The notes: generated by a model from the sequence alone, not told the origin. A stretch of 64,000 nt of DNA from Terrimicrobiaceae bacterium (GCA_044342325.1 JBIIPZ010000006.1:1-64000), one strand, 5' to 3'; counted from the stretch's first letter, positions 45,150 to 55,702 are shown. A program made the numbers and translations.

Positions 45150-47303
45150 CTATTTGACGGAGGGAGCGGCGTCGAGGTGGGGGGCTTTTTGAGTAGTCGC
45201 GAGGAGGATTCCCTCGTTCTGGATGGCTTCGTAGATGGCGAGGCGGAGTTCGCTGGGGACTTTGTTTGCGGAGAGGGGGTTTGTTTTGTCGATCCAGTAT
45301 AGAACGCGGAGGACGAGCGCATCCTTGGCAAATTCTTGAAACAGGACATCGATCCCTCGGCGGGAGAGAACATTTGGATTGGCGGAAACGATTTTGTAAA
45401 TGAGGTCCATGGCCTTTTTGACGGGCTCGCCTTGGGTGATGGCGATGGTGAATTCCTGCCGGGCGTGGCTGTCGGAGAGCGTCCAGTTCACTACCTTGCT
45501 TTGGAGGATGACGCTGTTGGGGATGAGGATTTCCACGCCGTCGCCTCGGCGCAATTGGCAGCAGCGCGTGCCGATCGAGGTCACCATGCCTGAGCAGTTT
45601 TCGACATCAATGATGTCGCCGATGCGGATCGGACGCTCGAAGAGTAGAATAATCCCGCTGATGAGATTGTTCATGAGCTGCTGGGTTCCGAAGCCGACGG
45701 CGATTGCGGCGACGCCGCCCAGGAGGGCAAAGATGGTTAAGGGGATTTTTACAACCGCGAGTGCGATGAGGCAAATGCCTCCCAGAAGCAAAACATGGGT
45801 AAATTTTTGCACGATTGCCCCGTTATTGGCATCCAACGCAAACCGCGCGCTCAGGCGTGCGCGCAGCCAGCGGCTGAATGCCGAAGAGGCGAGCCCGCCG
45901 CTCACCAAAATCGCTACGGCGATAAGCATCATACCGAGGGTGATGGGGCTCGGGCGTTGCACGACCTGGCCATTGACGAAGACCGAGTCGTTGAGAGTGA
46001 AAATCTCGGTGTTCCAGAAATCATGCATCTGCGTGGTGAGGGAGTTGGCGGCGGCGTCCATTTTGTCGCTGAGTGCGGCACTCTGTCGGCGAGCGGCTAT
46101 TTCCGCGCGGGTGAGCTTGATCAGTTCGACAAGCCGGGAAAATCTGTTTTCCCACTCGCTGAGGTTTCCCTCTTCCTGCTGGAACGCTTTCTCGAGAATG
46201 TCACCGTTGGCAAGAGTTGATGAGGCATCCCCCGACCCCTCCACTGCGGAGGCTTTGCCCGGGCGGTCTTGAAGTTTCGAGCGCAGGCCTGTAATGAGTG
46301 GTTGCCACGCTTGGACATCCAGTGCCTTCTCGTCGAGTAACCGCGAGATTTGCGCGATGGATGCGGCGTTGTTTGTATTCCAGAAATCGTATCGCGACTG
46401 CCAGACCTGGCCGGTGACGAGGAGGGCGATGCGGTGGTATTCAAGGAGTTCAAGTTGGTTCTCGAGGCTTCTAGCGAGCCGCAAAAGGCCTTCCTTTTCG
46501 CCCGCGGGCTGGTTTTCCTGAGAGGTTTTTTTGAGTTGTCGGCCGACCTTGGCTACGGAGTCTGCGATTTTGTTTTCGAGCTTTTGGATTTCTGCGAGCT
46601 TGCTTTGCAAAACTTGCTCGGGAAAGGAAACATGACCTTCCAAGCTGGCTGTCTTGAGTTTCTGCAGTTGAATGCGGGCTTTCTGCAGGTCGATATCGGC
46701 TTGCCAGGTTCGCTTGTTCGAGCGCAGCGCATGCTCGGCGAGGATGGCTTGCACCCGTGTTTCCTGAAGTTGCAAAAGCCAGGCGGCGCGGGGCGACTCC
46801 GGAGGACCGGCGGCTTGGAGCGACTGAAGTCTCTGCTGCTGGTCCTTGAGCGTGGCGAAGGCGTTCGCCTCCTGGGCGGTGCGGGTGGAGCCGATGTTGT
46901 TAAGGGCCTCGAGCCACTCCTCCGCCTGCCAGCCTTTGATCCGAGCCTTGTCGTAGAGATCGAGACTGGTCTCCGGCGTGGGCACAGGGGGTTGAAAATG
47001 CTCGATGGCCTCGCGAATTTCGGCGGTTTGTGTTTCGAGGGCATTGGCGGCGCTGCCCGAGTCTTCGGCGAGGGTGTCGCATTCGACAAGCTGGGTGAGG
47101 AGATGCAGATACTCGCGGTATTCCTCGGGCGTGGCGGGTTTCTGTTTCTGAAACTCCTCCAACCCGGCTTGGCGCGTTGAATCCAGCAGTTGATGATAGT
47201 CCTTGTCGACGGTTGGCGTTGGAATGGGGGTCGGCTCTTGGGAAGAAGCTTGGAGAATAAACGCAAAAAAAATGCCGAGTGCTGCTTTTAAAAAAATGTT
47301 CAT
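45150..47303 (-). CDS. MscS-family mechanosensitive channel (copy B, tandem homolog)
   Basis: Colinear with copy A; GFGTQQLMNNLISGIILLFERPIRIGD. Confidence 0.92.
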   Translation of the reverse strand: MNIFLKAALGIFFAFILQASSQEPTPIPTPTVDKDYHQLLDSTRQAGLEEFQKQKPATPEEYREYLHLLTQLVECDTLAEDSGSAANALETQTAEIREAIEHFQPPVPTPETSLDLYDKARIKGWQAEEWLEALNNIGSTRTAQEANAFATLKDQQQRLQSLQAAGPPESPRAAWLLQLQETRVQAILAEHALRSNKRTWQADIDLQKARIQLQKLKTASLEGHVSFPEQVLQSKLAEIQKLENKIADSVAKVGRQLKKTSQENQPAGEKEGLLRLARSLENQLELLEYHRIALLVTGQVWQSRYDFWNTNNAASIAQISRLLDEKALDVQAWQPLITGLRSKLQDRPGKASAVEGSGDASSTLANGDILEKAFQQEEGNLSEWENRFSRLVELIKLTRAEIAARRQSAALSDKMDAAANSLTTQMHDFWNTEIFTLNDSVFVNGQVVQRPSPITLGMMLIAVAILVSGGLASSAFSRWLRARLSARFALDANNGAIVQKFTHVLLLGGICLIALAVVKIPLTIFALLGGVAAIAVGFGTQQLMNNLISGIILLFERPIRIGDIIDVENCSGMVTSIGTRCCQLRRGDGVEILIPNSVILQSKVVNWTLSDSHARQEFTIAITQGEPVKKAMDLIYKIVSANPNVLSRRGIDVLFQEFAKDALVLRVLYWIDKTNPLSANKVPSELRLAIYEAIQNEGILLATTQKAPHLDAAPSVK

Positions 47304-47365
47304 TATAGCGGTGATTCCTGTTGCCACGCGAAGAATCGGCGTTAGGATACACACCCTTTTCCAAA

Positions 47366-47593
47366 ATGAAGCCAGAAATTCATCCAGACTACCAAGAGAC
47401 CGTGATCGTGTGCGCTTGCGGTGCCACATATAAGACACGCTCCACTCGGCAGAACATCAAACTCGGCATCTGCGCCGCCTGCCATCCCTTCTTCACCGGT
47501 GAGCAGAAATTTGTCGATACGGCAGGCCGCGTTGACAAATTCAAGCAGCGCTACGGCACGGTTCGTGTCGCACGCGCCGTCAAGAAGCCTTAG
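47366..47593 (+). CDS. rpmE: 50S ribosomal protein bL31 (Zn-binding type)
   Basis: MKPEIHPDY...CACG...ICAACHPFFTG...DTAGRVDKF. Confidence 0.96.
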   Translation: MKPEIHPDYQETVIVCACGATYKTRSTRQNIKLGICAACHPFFTGEQKFVDTAGRVDKFKQRYGTVRVARAVKKP

Positions 47594-47612
47594 TCACACG
47601 CTCTTTCTTTTT

Positions 47613-47650
47613 AAAACGGTAAACGGGTTCAAAGCCTGTTTACCGTTTTT
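47613..47650 (+). terminator. intrinsic terminator-like hairpin between rpmE and prfA
   Basis: AAAACGGTAAACGGG...CCTGTTTACCGTTTTT with a U-tail. Confidence 0.7.
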
Positions 47651-47658
47651 ATTTCACC

Positions 47659-48735
47659 ATGGACTTTGAACCTCTCATCGAGCGCAAGCGCCGCCGCTTC
47701 GAAGAACTCGAAAGCGAAATTTCCTCGCCCGGCCTCTTCGAAAATGCAGCGCATGCCAGGGAGGTGCTGCGCGAGCACGGTTCCACAAAAGAGCTGCTCG
47801 AATCCTGGGAAAAGCTCACCCGCGCGCGCCGCGAGTTGGTCGAAAACCGCGAACTGGCGGCAGGCGAGGACAAGGAAATGGCTGCCATGGCCCGCGAGGA
47901 GATCGAGCGCATCGAGCCCGAGATTCCACTCTTTGAGCGTGCCGTTCAGGTGGCGCTTCTCCCTCCCGAGCCGGATGAGGATCGCGATGCCATTGTGGAA
48001 ATCCGCGCCGGCACCGGAGGCACCGAGGCCGCTCTTTTCGCAGCCGACTTGCACCGCATGTATTGTCGCTATGCCGACACTTTGGGACTCAAGGTCGAGG
48101 AACTCGAATCCAGTCCGGCCGATCTAGGCGGCGTGCGCGAGGTTATTTTCCGTATTTCCGGCACATCCGTCTTCCGCCGCTTCCGCTACGAAAGCGGCGT
48201 GCACCGCGTGCAGCGCGTGCCCGCCACCGAGGCGCAGGGCCGCATCCACACCTCCACTGCCACAGTCGCCGTTCTGCCCGAGGCCGAGGAGGTGGATATC
48301 GAAATCAAACCCGAGGACCTGCGCATCGAGGTCTGCCGCGCTGGTGGACCCGGTGGTCAAGGTGTGAACACCACCGACTCCGCTGTGCAGGTCATGCACA
48401 TCCCGACCGGAAGGATCGTTCGCTGCCAGGACGGACGCAGCCAGCAGAAGAACAAGGAGGCCGCGATCAAAATCATGCGCTCCAGGCTCCTCGAGGATAA
48501 ACGCCGTGAGGAGGAGGAAAAATACTCCGCCCACCGACGCAGCCTCATCGGCGGCGGGGGACGCGAAGAAAAAATCCGCACCTACAATTTCGCCGAGAAC
48601 CGTGTCACCGACCACCGCATCAAGCTCTCGCTCTATTCCCTCGACCGCTTTCTCGAGGGCGACATCGGCGGGCTCGTCGAAGCCCTTCAGGTCAGCGACA
48701 TCGAACAACGCTTGAAGGATTCCGGCATCGCCTGA
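47659..48735 (+). CDS. prfA: peptide chain release factor 1
   Basis: Motifs EIRAGTGG, ESGVHRVQRVPAT (PxT), GGQ and IRTYNF. Confidence 0.97.
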   Translation: MDFEPLIERKRRRFEELESEISSPGLFENAAHAREVLREHGSTKELLESWEKLTRARRELVENRELAAGEDKEMAAMAREEIERIEPEIPLFERAVQVALLPPEPDEDRDAIVEIRAGTGGTEAALFAADLHRMYCRYADTLGLKVEELESSPADLGGVREVIFRISGTSVFRRFRYESGVHRVQRVPATEAQGRIHTSTATVAVLPEAEEVDIEIKPEDLRIEVCRAGGPGGQGVNTTDSAVQVMHIPTGRIVRCQDGRSQQKNKEAAIKIMRSRLLEDKRREEEEKYSAHRRSLIGGGGREEKIRTYNFAENRVTDHRIKLSLYSLDRFLEGDIGGLVEALQVSDIEQRLKDSGIA

Positions 48736-48832
48736 TCTTTCCGGCCCGCATCATCTTTTGACGGAGTTTTTGAAATAATTATCTTGTCGCCTCTCTGGGC
48801 ATTATCCAGATTGCCACCGCTTCAGGCGGTTT

Positions 48833-50716
48833 ATGAACACCAATCCAGCTAATCCCACCGACCTGTCCGGCTTGGAAATGGACTTGCTCCAATCCTTCCA
48901 GCCTTCATGGGTCAAGGACTCCACTCCATCCAGTAAAATCTCCCTCGCCTCCACACACGGCGATGAGGACACGCCAGGCAACCGGCGCTCAGGCTTCGAC
49001 CGTGACGAAGGAGACTCCCGCTGGGATCGCAAACGGCCAAAAGGCGACCGCCTCGCCCGCAGGCCATCTGGTGAACACTCCGACAAATCGCGCAATCGCT
49101 CCTTCGGCGATAAGCGCCCTGCCGGAAAAAGCAGCGGCCCGCGCCGTGATGACCGTCAAGGTAGTGGCCGTCGCGAAAGCGAACCGGTCCAGCGCCCCGT
49201 TCTTCTTGAGGGCTGGGAAATCAAATTTGTTCCCGAACCACGCGGCGTTGATGGTTTGCTTAAGCAGATCAAATCGACGGCCAAGACATATTCCCTCTTC
49301 GAGTTGGCCCGTCTGGTTCTTGAAAAATCCGCCCGCTACCTTGTGGAGTTTCAACGCAAATCCGGCCCGTCACTTTTTCAAGTCGTGGCGGATGGCACGC
49401 TTTGGTTGAGCGAGAGCGATGCAGCAGCGCGGATTCTTGCGACACAATTGGATAAATTTTACCGCCTCGAGCGCATCGCCGTGGAACCGCCAAAAGGAGC
49501 CTCCCCGATCATTGCCCAGTGCGGCATGAGCGGTGTCCTTCTTGGGCCACCCAACCTCCACGACTACCAGCTTAAAGTCCAAAAACTCCATGCCGAGCGC
49601 TACGGCAATATGGCGTTTGATATTTACAAGGCCCGCATCCGCATGGTCCGCGATGAGGAATCCATCCAAAAATGGCGCGATGAACAAAGCTCGCAGAATG
49701 TCTATTTTCCACTCGAAGCCCCCGAAGGCAGCGAGCCTGAGCCACTGAAAAACCTTGCAGAAGTAGCCGAGCACTTTCAAAAAAATCATGCAGCCACCGC
49801 GATTATCAATCCCGGGGATCACTTCACCGCTCCAGGCTCTGCACCGGTGAACGATTCTGCGCCAGCGGTCATTGAGTTCACCCGCCGTGAACTCGACAAC
49901 CTCATCCGGTTCCCTCTTCCGCTTGCCAATACCCTCGGCCAGAAACTTGCCGGCGGTGGGTTGCAGATTTTTAAAGCTCACGAAAACATCACCTATGTCT
50001 CCGTGGCCCGGCCCAAGTTGCTCGATCGCCAGGCGAATCCCGTCTCCGAGAGCCTCGCCGCCATTCTAGATTATCTGGAATCAAATGCCGCAAAACCCCG
50101 AGCGGAACAATGGAAGGCTCTGCTCGCGCTGACTACCCTGCCATCGGATCCAGCACTTCGCGAGCCGGCCCTGCTCCGCGATTTCCATTGGCTCTTGTTG
50201 CAAGGCCATGTCATCGACTTCGCCTCGAAGGGGCTCGAAATCCCACGGCGCCCCTCCGCGCGCCCCCCGCAGGAAAAACAGGCAAAACCCCAAGGCAACC
50301 GCCCACCCCGCCCCAACCCGGCGCCCAAGGCCTCTACACCAGCGCCTGTTGTCTCAGAGACACCCAATACAAACCCCGAGCCACCTGCTGAAGCCTCCGC
50401 ACCAGATGCTAATTTTGCAGAGCTGAAGCCGGATGCTGCCGAACCTCTGCCAGGTGAACAGGAGCGTTTGCCTCAAGTGGCCGATGTTTTGCCTGAAACC
50501 CCAGAGTCTTTGCCACAGGGGAATGCCATTTTGTCCGGAGAAATCGACCCGGCCTCAGAGACCACCGAGCCTCTGCCCGAAGCTGTTGAGACACCGGCCG
50601 AGGCGAGCGATTTTTTGGTCGCTGCAGATTCCGCAGCTCAAGACAAGCCCACGCTCGAAGGCGGCGAATCGGTTCAGGACTGCATCGAAAGCCAAGTTAC
50701 CAAGCCACTCGCGTGA
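48833..50716 (+). CDS. hypothetical protein: basic low-complexity N-terminus, globular core, acidic Pro-rich tail
   Basis: 627-aa ORF with a coherent core (KTYSLFELARLVL, CGMSGVLLGPPNLHDYQ, DFHWLLLQGHVIDF). Confidence 0.8.
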   Translation: MNTNPANPTDLSGLEMDLLQSFQPSWVKDSTPSSKISLASTHGDEDTPGNRRSGFDRDEGDSRWDRKRPKGDRLARRPSGEHSDKSRNRSFGDKRPAGKSSGPRRDDRQGSGRRESEPVQRPVLLEGWEIKFVPEPRGVDGLLKQIKSTAKTYSLFELARLVLEKSARYLVEFQRKSGPSLFQVVADGTLWLSESDAAARILATQLDKFYRLERIAVEPPKGASPIIAQCGMSGVLLGPPNLHDYQLKVQKLHAERYGNMAFDIYKARIRMVRDEESIQKWRDEQSSQNVYFPLEAPEGSEPEPLKNLAEVAEHFQKNHAATAIINPGDHFTAPGSAPVNDSAPAVIEFTRRELDNLIRFPLPLANTLGQKLAGGGLQIFKAHENITYVSVARPKLLDRQANPVSESLAAILDYLESNAAKPRAEQWKALLALTTLPSDPALREPALLRDFHWLLLQGHVIDFASKGLEIPRRPSARPPQEKQAKPQGNRPPRPNPAPKASTPAPVVSETPNTNPEPPAEASAPDANFAELKPDAAEPLPGEQERLPQVADVLPETPESLPQGNAILSGEIDPASETTEPLPEAVETPAEASDFLVAADSAAQDKPTLEGGESVQDCIESQVTKPLA

Positions 50717-51651
50717 CCCACGGCCAGAAGCGGCTTGTTGGGATGCCACGCCAAGGCGCTGATGCCGGTGCCCAGTCTGGCCCGCTTGCGGCGGAATTGG
50801 CCCTTCTCAAAAGTCACTACGAGCAGCGTTCCCTCGCCATCACCTGTCGCGAGTTGGCCAGTTGCGGGTGAGAAATCCAGCGCCAGCACTTCGCTCTCGC
50901 TGCCATCGACCTGAATCGGTCGGGCTCCATCCGGACCTTTTGCAGAGGCGCACGGCCACACCGTCACCACCGGACTGCCAGCTGTGGCGAGGCGTTTGCC
51001 ATCGGCCGAAAAGGCCAGCGCGCGAACCTTGGATTCAAAACCCTCCATGTTGAGCGGATTGTCCTTCGGGATATCGTAAACATGCACGCTCGCGGTCTGG
51101 TCCGCCGTGGCCAACCAGCGTCCGTCATTACTCCACCGCACTTGCAGGCTCGCGCCGCCCCAATCGAAGCGAGCAAATGGTTCTTTTTCACCAAGCCGCC
51201 AAAGTAGCGCCCCACCGGCGCCCGCCGTGGCAATCTCTGAGGGCGATTTGGGATTCCATGCGAAATCCGACACCACAGCCGGCAAGTCGCGGAGGCTTTT
51301 TTCATCACTCCCAGCCACGTCGAAAATGTGCAGCGCCTTGCCTTGGCCAGCCGCAAGGAGCGCTCCATCCGGACTCGTCCGCACATGCTCGATCATTCCC
51401 CGTCCGGGCTTCCATTCCCGTGAGCCGCAGCGGATTTTTCCGTCGAACCCGCAAGTCACAGGCTCGCCGGCGAACCAGTCCGAGCTTCCATTCCCCATGC
51501 CGTGGCCAGGCAGTTCCTCCAGCAGCGTCGCCGTTTCGTCGGCTACAAGCACCGCGCCGGTGGCGGGAGTCGCGAGAAGACGCGTCCCCTCCGGATTCCA
51601 TTTCAGGTCGAGGATGTGATCCCCCGCAGTAATCGAACCGGGGCTCTTCAA
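50674..51651 (-). CDS. WD40-repeat beta-propeller protein
   Basis: Repeats such as LKWNPEGTRL, FAWNP, VRWSNDGRWLAT, LAFSADGKRLAT and LAWHP. A TTG start overlapping the upstream stop is inferred. Confidence 0.88.
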   Translation of the reverse strand: MKSPGSITAGDHILDLKWNPEGTRLLATPATGAVLVADETATLLEELPGHGMGNGSSDWFAGEPVTCGFDGKIRCGSREWKPGRGMIEHVRTSPDGALLAAGQGKALHIFDVAGSDEKSLRDLPAVVSDFAWNPKSPSEIATAGAGGALLWRLGEKEPFARFDWGGASLQVRWSNDGRWLATADQTASVHVYDIPKDNPLNMEGFESKVRALAFSADGKRLATAGSPVVTVWPCASAKGPDGARPIQVDGSESEVLALDFSPATGQLATGDGEGTLLVVTFEKGQFRRKRARLGTGISALAWHPNKPLLAVGHASGLVTWLSMQS

Positions 51652-52607
51652 GCGAGGCAGGAGCGGAATCCGCTGGTAAGGGCTTCGCGATCGAGTTTGC
51701 GGCCGATGAAAACCAAGCTGTTCTTGCGCGGGCGTCCGGCCCACGGACCGCCACTCGCCGCATCAATGAGCATGTGCACGCCTTGGAACACCACGCGGTC
51801 CGCCTGGCCCTTCACGGCGAAAACCCCCTTCATGCGGAAAATGTCCTGCCCCTGATCGCGAACGAGTTTCGAAATCCAGTCGTTGAGTTTTTTGCCATCG
51901 CACTCCCCCTCGGCCTCGATGCCCACGCTCGAGATGTCCGAGTGGTGATGGTGGTGATGTCCATGCGCGTCCAAAAAGTGGGGATTAAGTTCAGTGGCGC
52001 GATCGAGGTTGAAGCCGCCCACTTCGAGCACTTTTTTGATGTCGATCTCCGCGCGCGTCGTGCGGTGGATCACGGCCAGGGCATTGATGGCGCGGATGCG
52101 CTGCTCCGTTTCCTCCAGCTCTTCGGGAGTCGCGAGGTCGGACTTGTTCAGAAGAATCACATCCGCAAAAGCCACCTGCTCCTCGGCCTCGTGCGTCTCA
52201 TCGACATGGCGCGAGAAATGGTGCGCGTCCACCACGGTCACCACACCATTCACCACCGTCTGCTCCCGCAATTCCTCATCCACAAAAAATGTCTGCACCA
52301 CCGGCCCCGGATCAGCCAGGCCGGTCGTTTCGATCAGGATGTGGTCAAACTTGTCGCGGCGCTTCATGAGGTTCCCCAAGATGCGGATCAAATCCCCGCG
52401 CACCGTGCAGCAGATGCACCCGTTGTTCATTTCAAACAACTCCTCTTCGGCATTGATGACCAGCTCATGGTCGATGCCAATCTCGCCAAATTCATTTTCG
52501 ATCACCGCAATCCGTAGCCCGTGGTCCTCCCCGAGAATGCGGTTCAACAGCGTGGTTTTTCCGGCTCCGAGGAAGCCAGTCAGAATGGTGACAGGTATGC
52601 GAGACAT
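51648..52607 (-). CDS. COG0523/CobW-family G3E metallochaperone GTPase
   Basis: Motifs TGFLGAGKTT, NEFGE, GCICC, ETTGLADP and NKSD; His tract; CobW_C domain (RMKG, FQGVH, LVFIG). Confidence 0.95.
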   Translation of the reverse strand: MSRIPVTILTGFLGAGKTTLLNRILGEDHGLRIAVIENEFGEIGIDHELVINAEEELFEMNNGCICCTVRGDLIRILGNLMKRRDKFDHILIETTGLADPGPVVQTFFVDEELREQTVVNGVVTVVDAHHFSRHVDETHEAEEQVAFADVILLNKSDLATPEELEETEQRIRAINALAVIHRTTRAEIDIKKVLEVGGFNLDRATELNPHFLDAHGHHHHHHSDISSVGIEAEGECDGKKLNDWISKLVRDQGQDIFRMKGVFAVKGQADRVVFQGVHMLIDAASGGPWAGRPRKNSLVFIGRKLDREALTSGFRSCLA

Positions 52608-52696
52608 CCAGCGAGTAAACAGGAAAAGCCAAAACGCTGAAAAGACTCTTTTATCCCCTTTTCACAAGAGCTCCAAAAGGCTCGATGCGCTGATTT

Positions 52697-54328
52697 TTAC
52701 TCTGCGGGCGCGGAAGTTACCGCTTGGCGGGATTTGAAAAGGATGCCGAGCAGGAAGGTGACCGTGCTACCGATGAACACATAGTAGGGCCAGGAGATGG
52801 CGGGCCACCAGGCTGGCATGAAGAAGCCGAAATTCCACTCGGCAGGTGTCAGCTGGAATGTCAGGAGGGCCAGGGGATCGATGGCGGGGATTTTGACTTT
52901 TCCAAGAATCAAAACGGCGGCGATTCCGATGAGCATGGAGAAGACATTGGCGATGTCGTTGCCTCGGGATTTTGTGAGGACGCCCAGCAGGAAGATGCCT
53001 AGGAGCGAACCGTAGCCGTAGCCGAGCACACCGAGCGCGAGCGGGATGATCGTGATATTTGTCTCGAGCACAGCGTAGGCGGCTCCGGTGGCAACAACGA
53101 TCATGAGCCCGGCGAAAACGAGGGTCGCTATGCGTGCGGCGCGGATCGACTGGGCATCGGTCGATGTTTTGTTGAAGTAGGGCTGGTAGAAGTCGCGGAT
53201 GAATGAAGTAGCCAGTGCATTGAGCGCGGCGGAGGTCGAGCCCATCATGGTCGCAAAAACGCCGGCGACGATGAGTCCACGGATGCCGGCTGGCATTTCG
53301 TGGACGATGTAGTGCGCGAAGATTTCGTTGTGGGCTGTCGGGAGCGAAGGATCCGGGCTGATTTGGTAGAAGACCCAGAGGAGAATGCCGACGGCGAGGA
53401 ATGCCAAGACGATCGGGATATCGGCAAATCCGCTTACGATCAGGCTGAACCGGCTTTTTTTGATATTCTCAGCGGTGAGCATTCGCTGCACCATATCCTG
53501 ATCGGTGCCGTGGGTGGCCATGGTGAGGAATGTGGAGCCGAGGATAGCCGCGAGGATGGTGTAGGGGTTTTCGAGCATTTGCCGGAGGGCCTCGCCGAAG
53601 GGCTTCGTCGCCTCCCACCCAGTTTGAAACATCGCAACTTTTTGACCGTCAAGCATCTCATTCACCTTTCCAAGACCGCCGGGGATTTGGTGCAGGATGG
53701 TGAACATCGCAAAAACGACGGCGCCGCACATGAGGCAGGCTTGGATGAGATCGGTCCAGACCACTGCCTTGATGCCGCCGACGGCGGTGTAGGCGGCCGT
53801 GACTGCTGTGACAAAGACGATGCCCCAGAAGTAGGTCCAAATGGTAATTTCCGTGCCGGGAAAAAGGTAGCGCCAGATGACGACCAGGATCACGCCGCCG
53901 AGGTAAAGTCGAACGCCGATTCCCAGCACGCGGCCGAGTAGGAATATCCCGCTCGCCATGTTTTTCGTGCGCGAGCCGAATCGCAGAGTGAGGTATTCGT
54001 AGATGCTCTGGACCTTGAATTGGAAATAGGGGGCGATGAAAAGATACGCGATGATGATGCGGGCAAGAATCGTTCCGATGGCCAGCTGGGCGTAGGCGAA
54101 GCCGAGTGTCTTGTAGCCCTCGGCTGGCGTGCCGAGGAATGTCGCCGCGCTGGTCTCCGCCGCGATGATCGATGCCAGGACAGCCCACCAGGGAATCTTG
54201 TGCCCGCCGAGTGCGAACTCTTGCAGCGTGTCATTCCGCCGACCGGCGTAGAGACCGATGCCTACGATCACGATGAAGTAGGTGAGAATAACGAAGCCGT
54301 CGATGAAAAGGGCAGCGTTGTGTGTCAC
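52697..54328 (-). CDS. sodium:solute symporter (SSS family)
   Basis: Motifs AAETSAATFLG, GGIKAVVWTD and HGTDQDMVQR; many TM helices. Confidence 0.92.
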   Translation of the reverse strand: MTHNAALFIDGFVILTYFIVIVGIGLYAGRRNDTLQEFALGGHKIPWWAVLASIIAAETSAATFLGTPAEGYKTLGFAYAQLAIGTILARIIIAYLFIAPYFQFKVQSIYEYLTLRFGSRTKNMASGIFLLGRVLGIGVRLYLGGVILVVIWRYLFPGTEITIWTYFWGIVFVTAVTAAYTAVGGIKAVVWTDLIQACLMCGAVVFAMFTILHQIPGGLGKVNEMLDGQKVAMFQTGWEATKPFGEALRQMLENPYTILAAILGSTFLTMATHGTDQDMVQRMLTAENIKKSRFSLIVSGFADIPIVLAFLAVGILLWVFYQISPDPSLPTAHNEIFAHYIVHEMPAGIRGLIVAGVFATMMGSTSAALNALATSFIRDFYQPYFNKTSTDAQSIRAARIATLVFAGLMIVVATGAAYAVLETNITIIPLALGVLGYGYGSLLGIFLLGVLTKSRGNDIANVFSMLIGIAAVLILGKVKIPAIDPLALLTFQLTPAEWNFGFFMPAWWPAISWPYYVFIGSTVTFLLGILFKSRQAVTSAPAE

Positions 54329-55608
54329 GGGCGCAGGGTTTTCACGAGCACGACGGAATTTCTTCCGCTGGTTTCGTATTTCTGGAGTCGCTCAGGCGGC
54401 AGGATGGACGGGTCCGCAGCTGTGAAGCCGCCTTTTTGCTGGAGATAGCTGTAGGCTTGCGTGGAGAGGGCGAAGAGGGTTTTTACGCCTTTCTCACGCG
54501 CAAGATTTTCCACAAACGCCATGAGTTTGCGTCCGTAGCCCTGATTCTCCTGCGCCTTGCGCACATGCAGGCAGGCGAGTTCGGCGGCGGATTGTTCGGA
54601 ATAGAGGTGCAGGGCCACGCAGGCCACGGGAGAGCGGTCCACTTCCAAAAGCCAGTAGTCATTCAGGCACTCGAGAATCTCCGTGCGCGAGCGGCGGACG
54701 AGTTCCTCGTTCTGCACGGATTGCCGGATGAGCGAGATCACAGACCGGACATCCTTTTTGAAGATGCGCCGGATTTGTTGATACTCGTTCGAGTAAACCA
54801 TGGTTCCGATGCCTTCGTGGCTGAAGACCTCGCTGAGCAGGCCTTCGTTCATGCCGCCGTTCAGCAGGTGAGCGCGGGCAACACCTTGACGGCAGGCTTT
54901 GGCGCCGTTCTCAAGTTTTGAGAGCAGGCCCGTCGGGAAGTCGGCTTTGCGTTTTTTGACGAGATCTTCCGTTTCGGAAATCGAAAGTTGGCGCGGCAGG
55001 GGTGTGGATTCCTCGAAGACACGGCTTGGCGCGAGGTAGAGGATTTTCGCTGCGCCGAGTTCCACGGCGACTTCCAGCGCGATGCTGTCCGAATTCGCCC
55101 GGTAGGTCCGCCCCTCGCCGTCGAAGCCCATGGGAGGGATGACAGGAATGATGCCTTCGTCGAGAAGGAGCCGGAGGGCCTTGGTGTCCACTCGCTCGAC
55201 CTTGCCGGTGTATTGTTGATCCACGCCACCGAGAATGCCGGCGGGATGGACGATGAGCGCGTTGATGTAGGCGGCGCGCAGATCGACTGAGGACAGACCC
55301 TCCATGATTTCATTGGTGAGCCGGATCGCCGCGTCGATGCTGACTTGCAGCGTTGGCTCATCGGTGAGGCCGATGCCGTCGGAGTTGGTGATCCGAACTC
55401 CACGGGCAGCGGCGAGGGCCTCGATCTGGCGGCTTGCGCCATGCACCAGGACGACTTTGATACTCAGGGAGCGGAGCACGGCGAGATCCAGCAGGATGTT
55501 CGGAAAATTCTCCGATTCCACGACCTCACCATCCACCGCAACCACGAAAATACGCTCCCGGAAAAGGGGGACGTATTGCAAAATTTCACGCAGGTCGGAG
55601 ACGTTCAC
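54325..55608 (-). CDS. argA: amino-acid N-acetyltransferase (N-acetylglutamate synthase)
   Basis: Kinase-like domain (VLVHGA, EVFSHEGIGTMV) plus GNAT domain (AELACLHV..GYGRKL, RNSVVLVK). Confidence 0.92.
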   Translation of the reverse strand: MNVSDLREILQYVPLFRERIFVVAVDGEVVESENFPNILLDLAVLRSLSIKVVLVHGASRQIEALAAARGVRITNSDGIGLTDEPTLQVSIDAAIRLTNEIMEGLSSVDLRAAYINALIVHPAGILGGVDQQYTGKVERVDTKALRLLLDEGIIPVIPPMGFDGEGRTYRANSDSIALEVAVELGAAKILYLAPSRVFEESTPLPRQLSISETEDLVKKRKADFPTGLLSKLENGAKACRQGVARAHLLNGGMNEGLLSEVFSHEGIGTMVYSNEYQQIRRIFKKDVRSVISLIRQSVQNEELVRRSRTEILECLNDYWLLEVDRSPVACVALHLYSEQSAAELACLHVRKAQENQGYGRKLMAFVENLAREKGVKTLFALSTQAYSYLQQKGGFTAADPSILPPERLQKYETSGRNSVVLVKTLRP

Positions 55609-55702
55609 GAATTAAGGATTCGCTGATAACAGATGATCCGCTCGCGACATAGAGGAAAATAACGCTGGCGGCGTGGCTTGTCGGCTCGTTAGTTTGCCGT
55701 CC

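Noticed and set aside
44920..47438. MscS N-terminal extensions in the ORF track (MWHRKRTRSR..., to 45045 and 47438)
   Set aside because: They are the antisense reading of rpmE and of its relic. The signal peptides begin at MNIL/MNIF (44919 and 47303).
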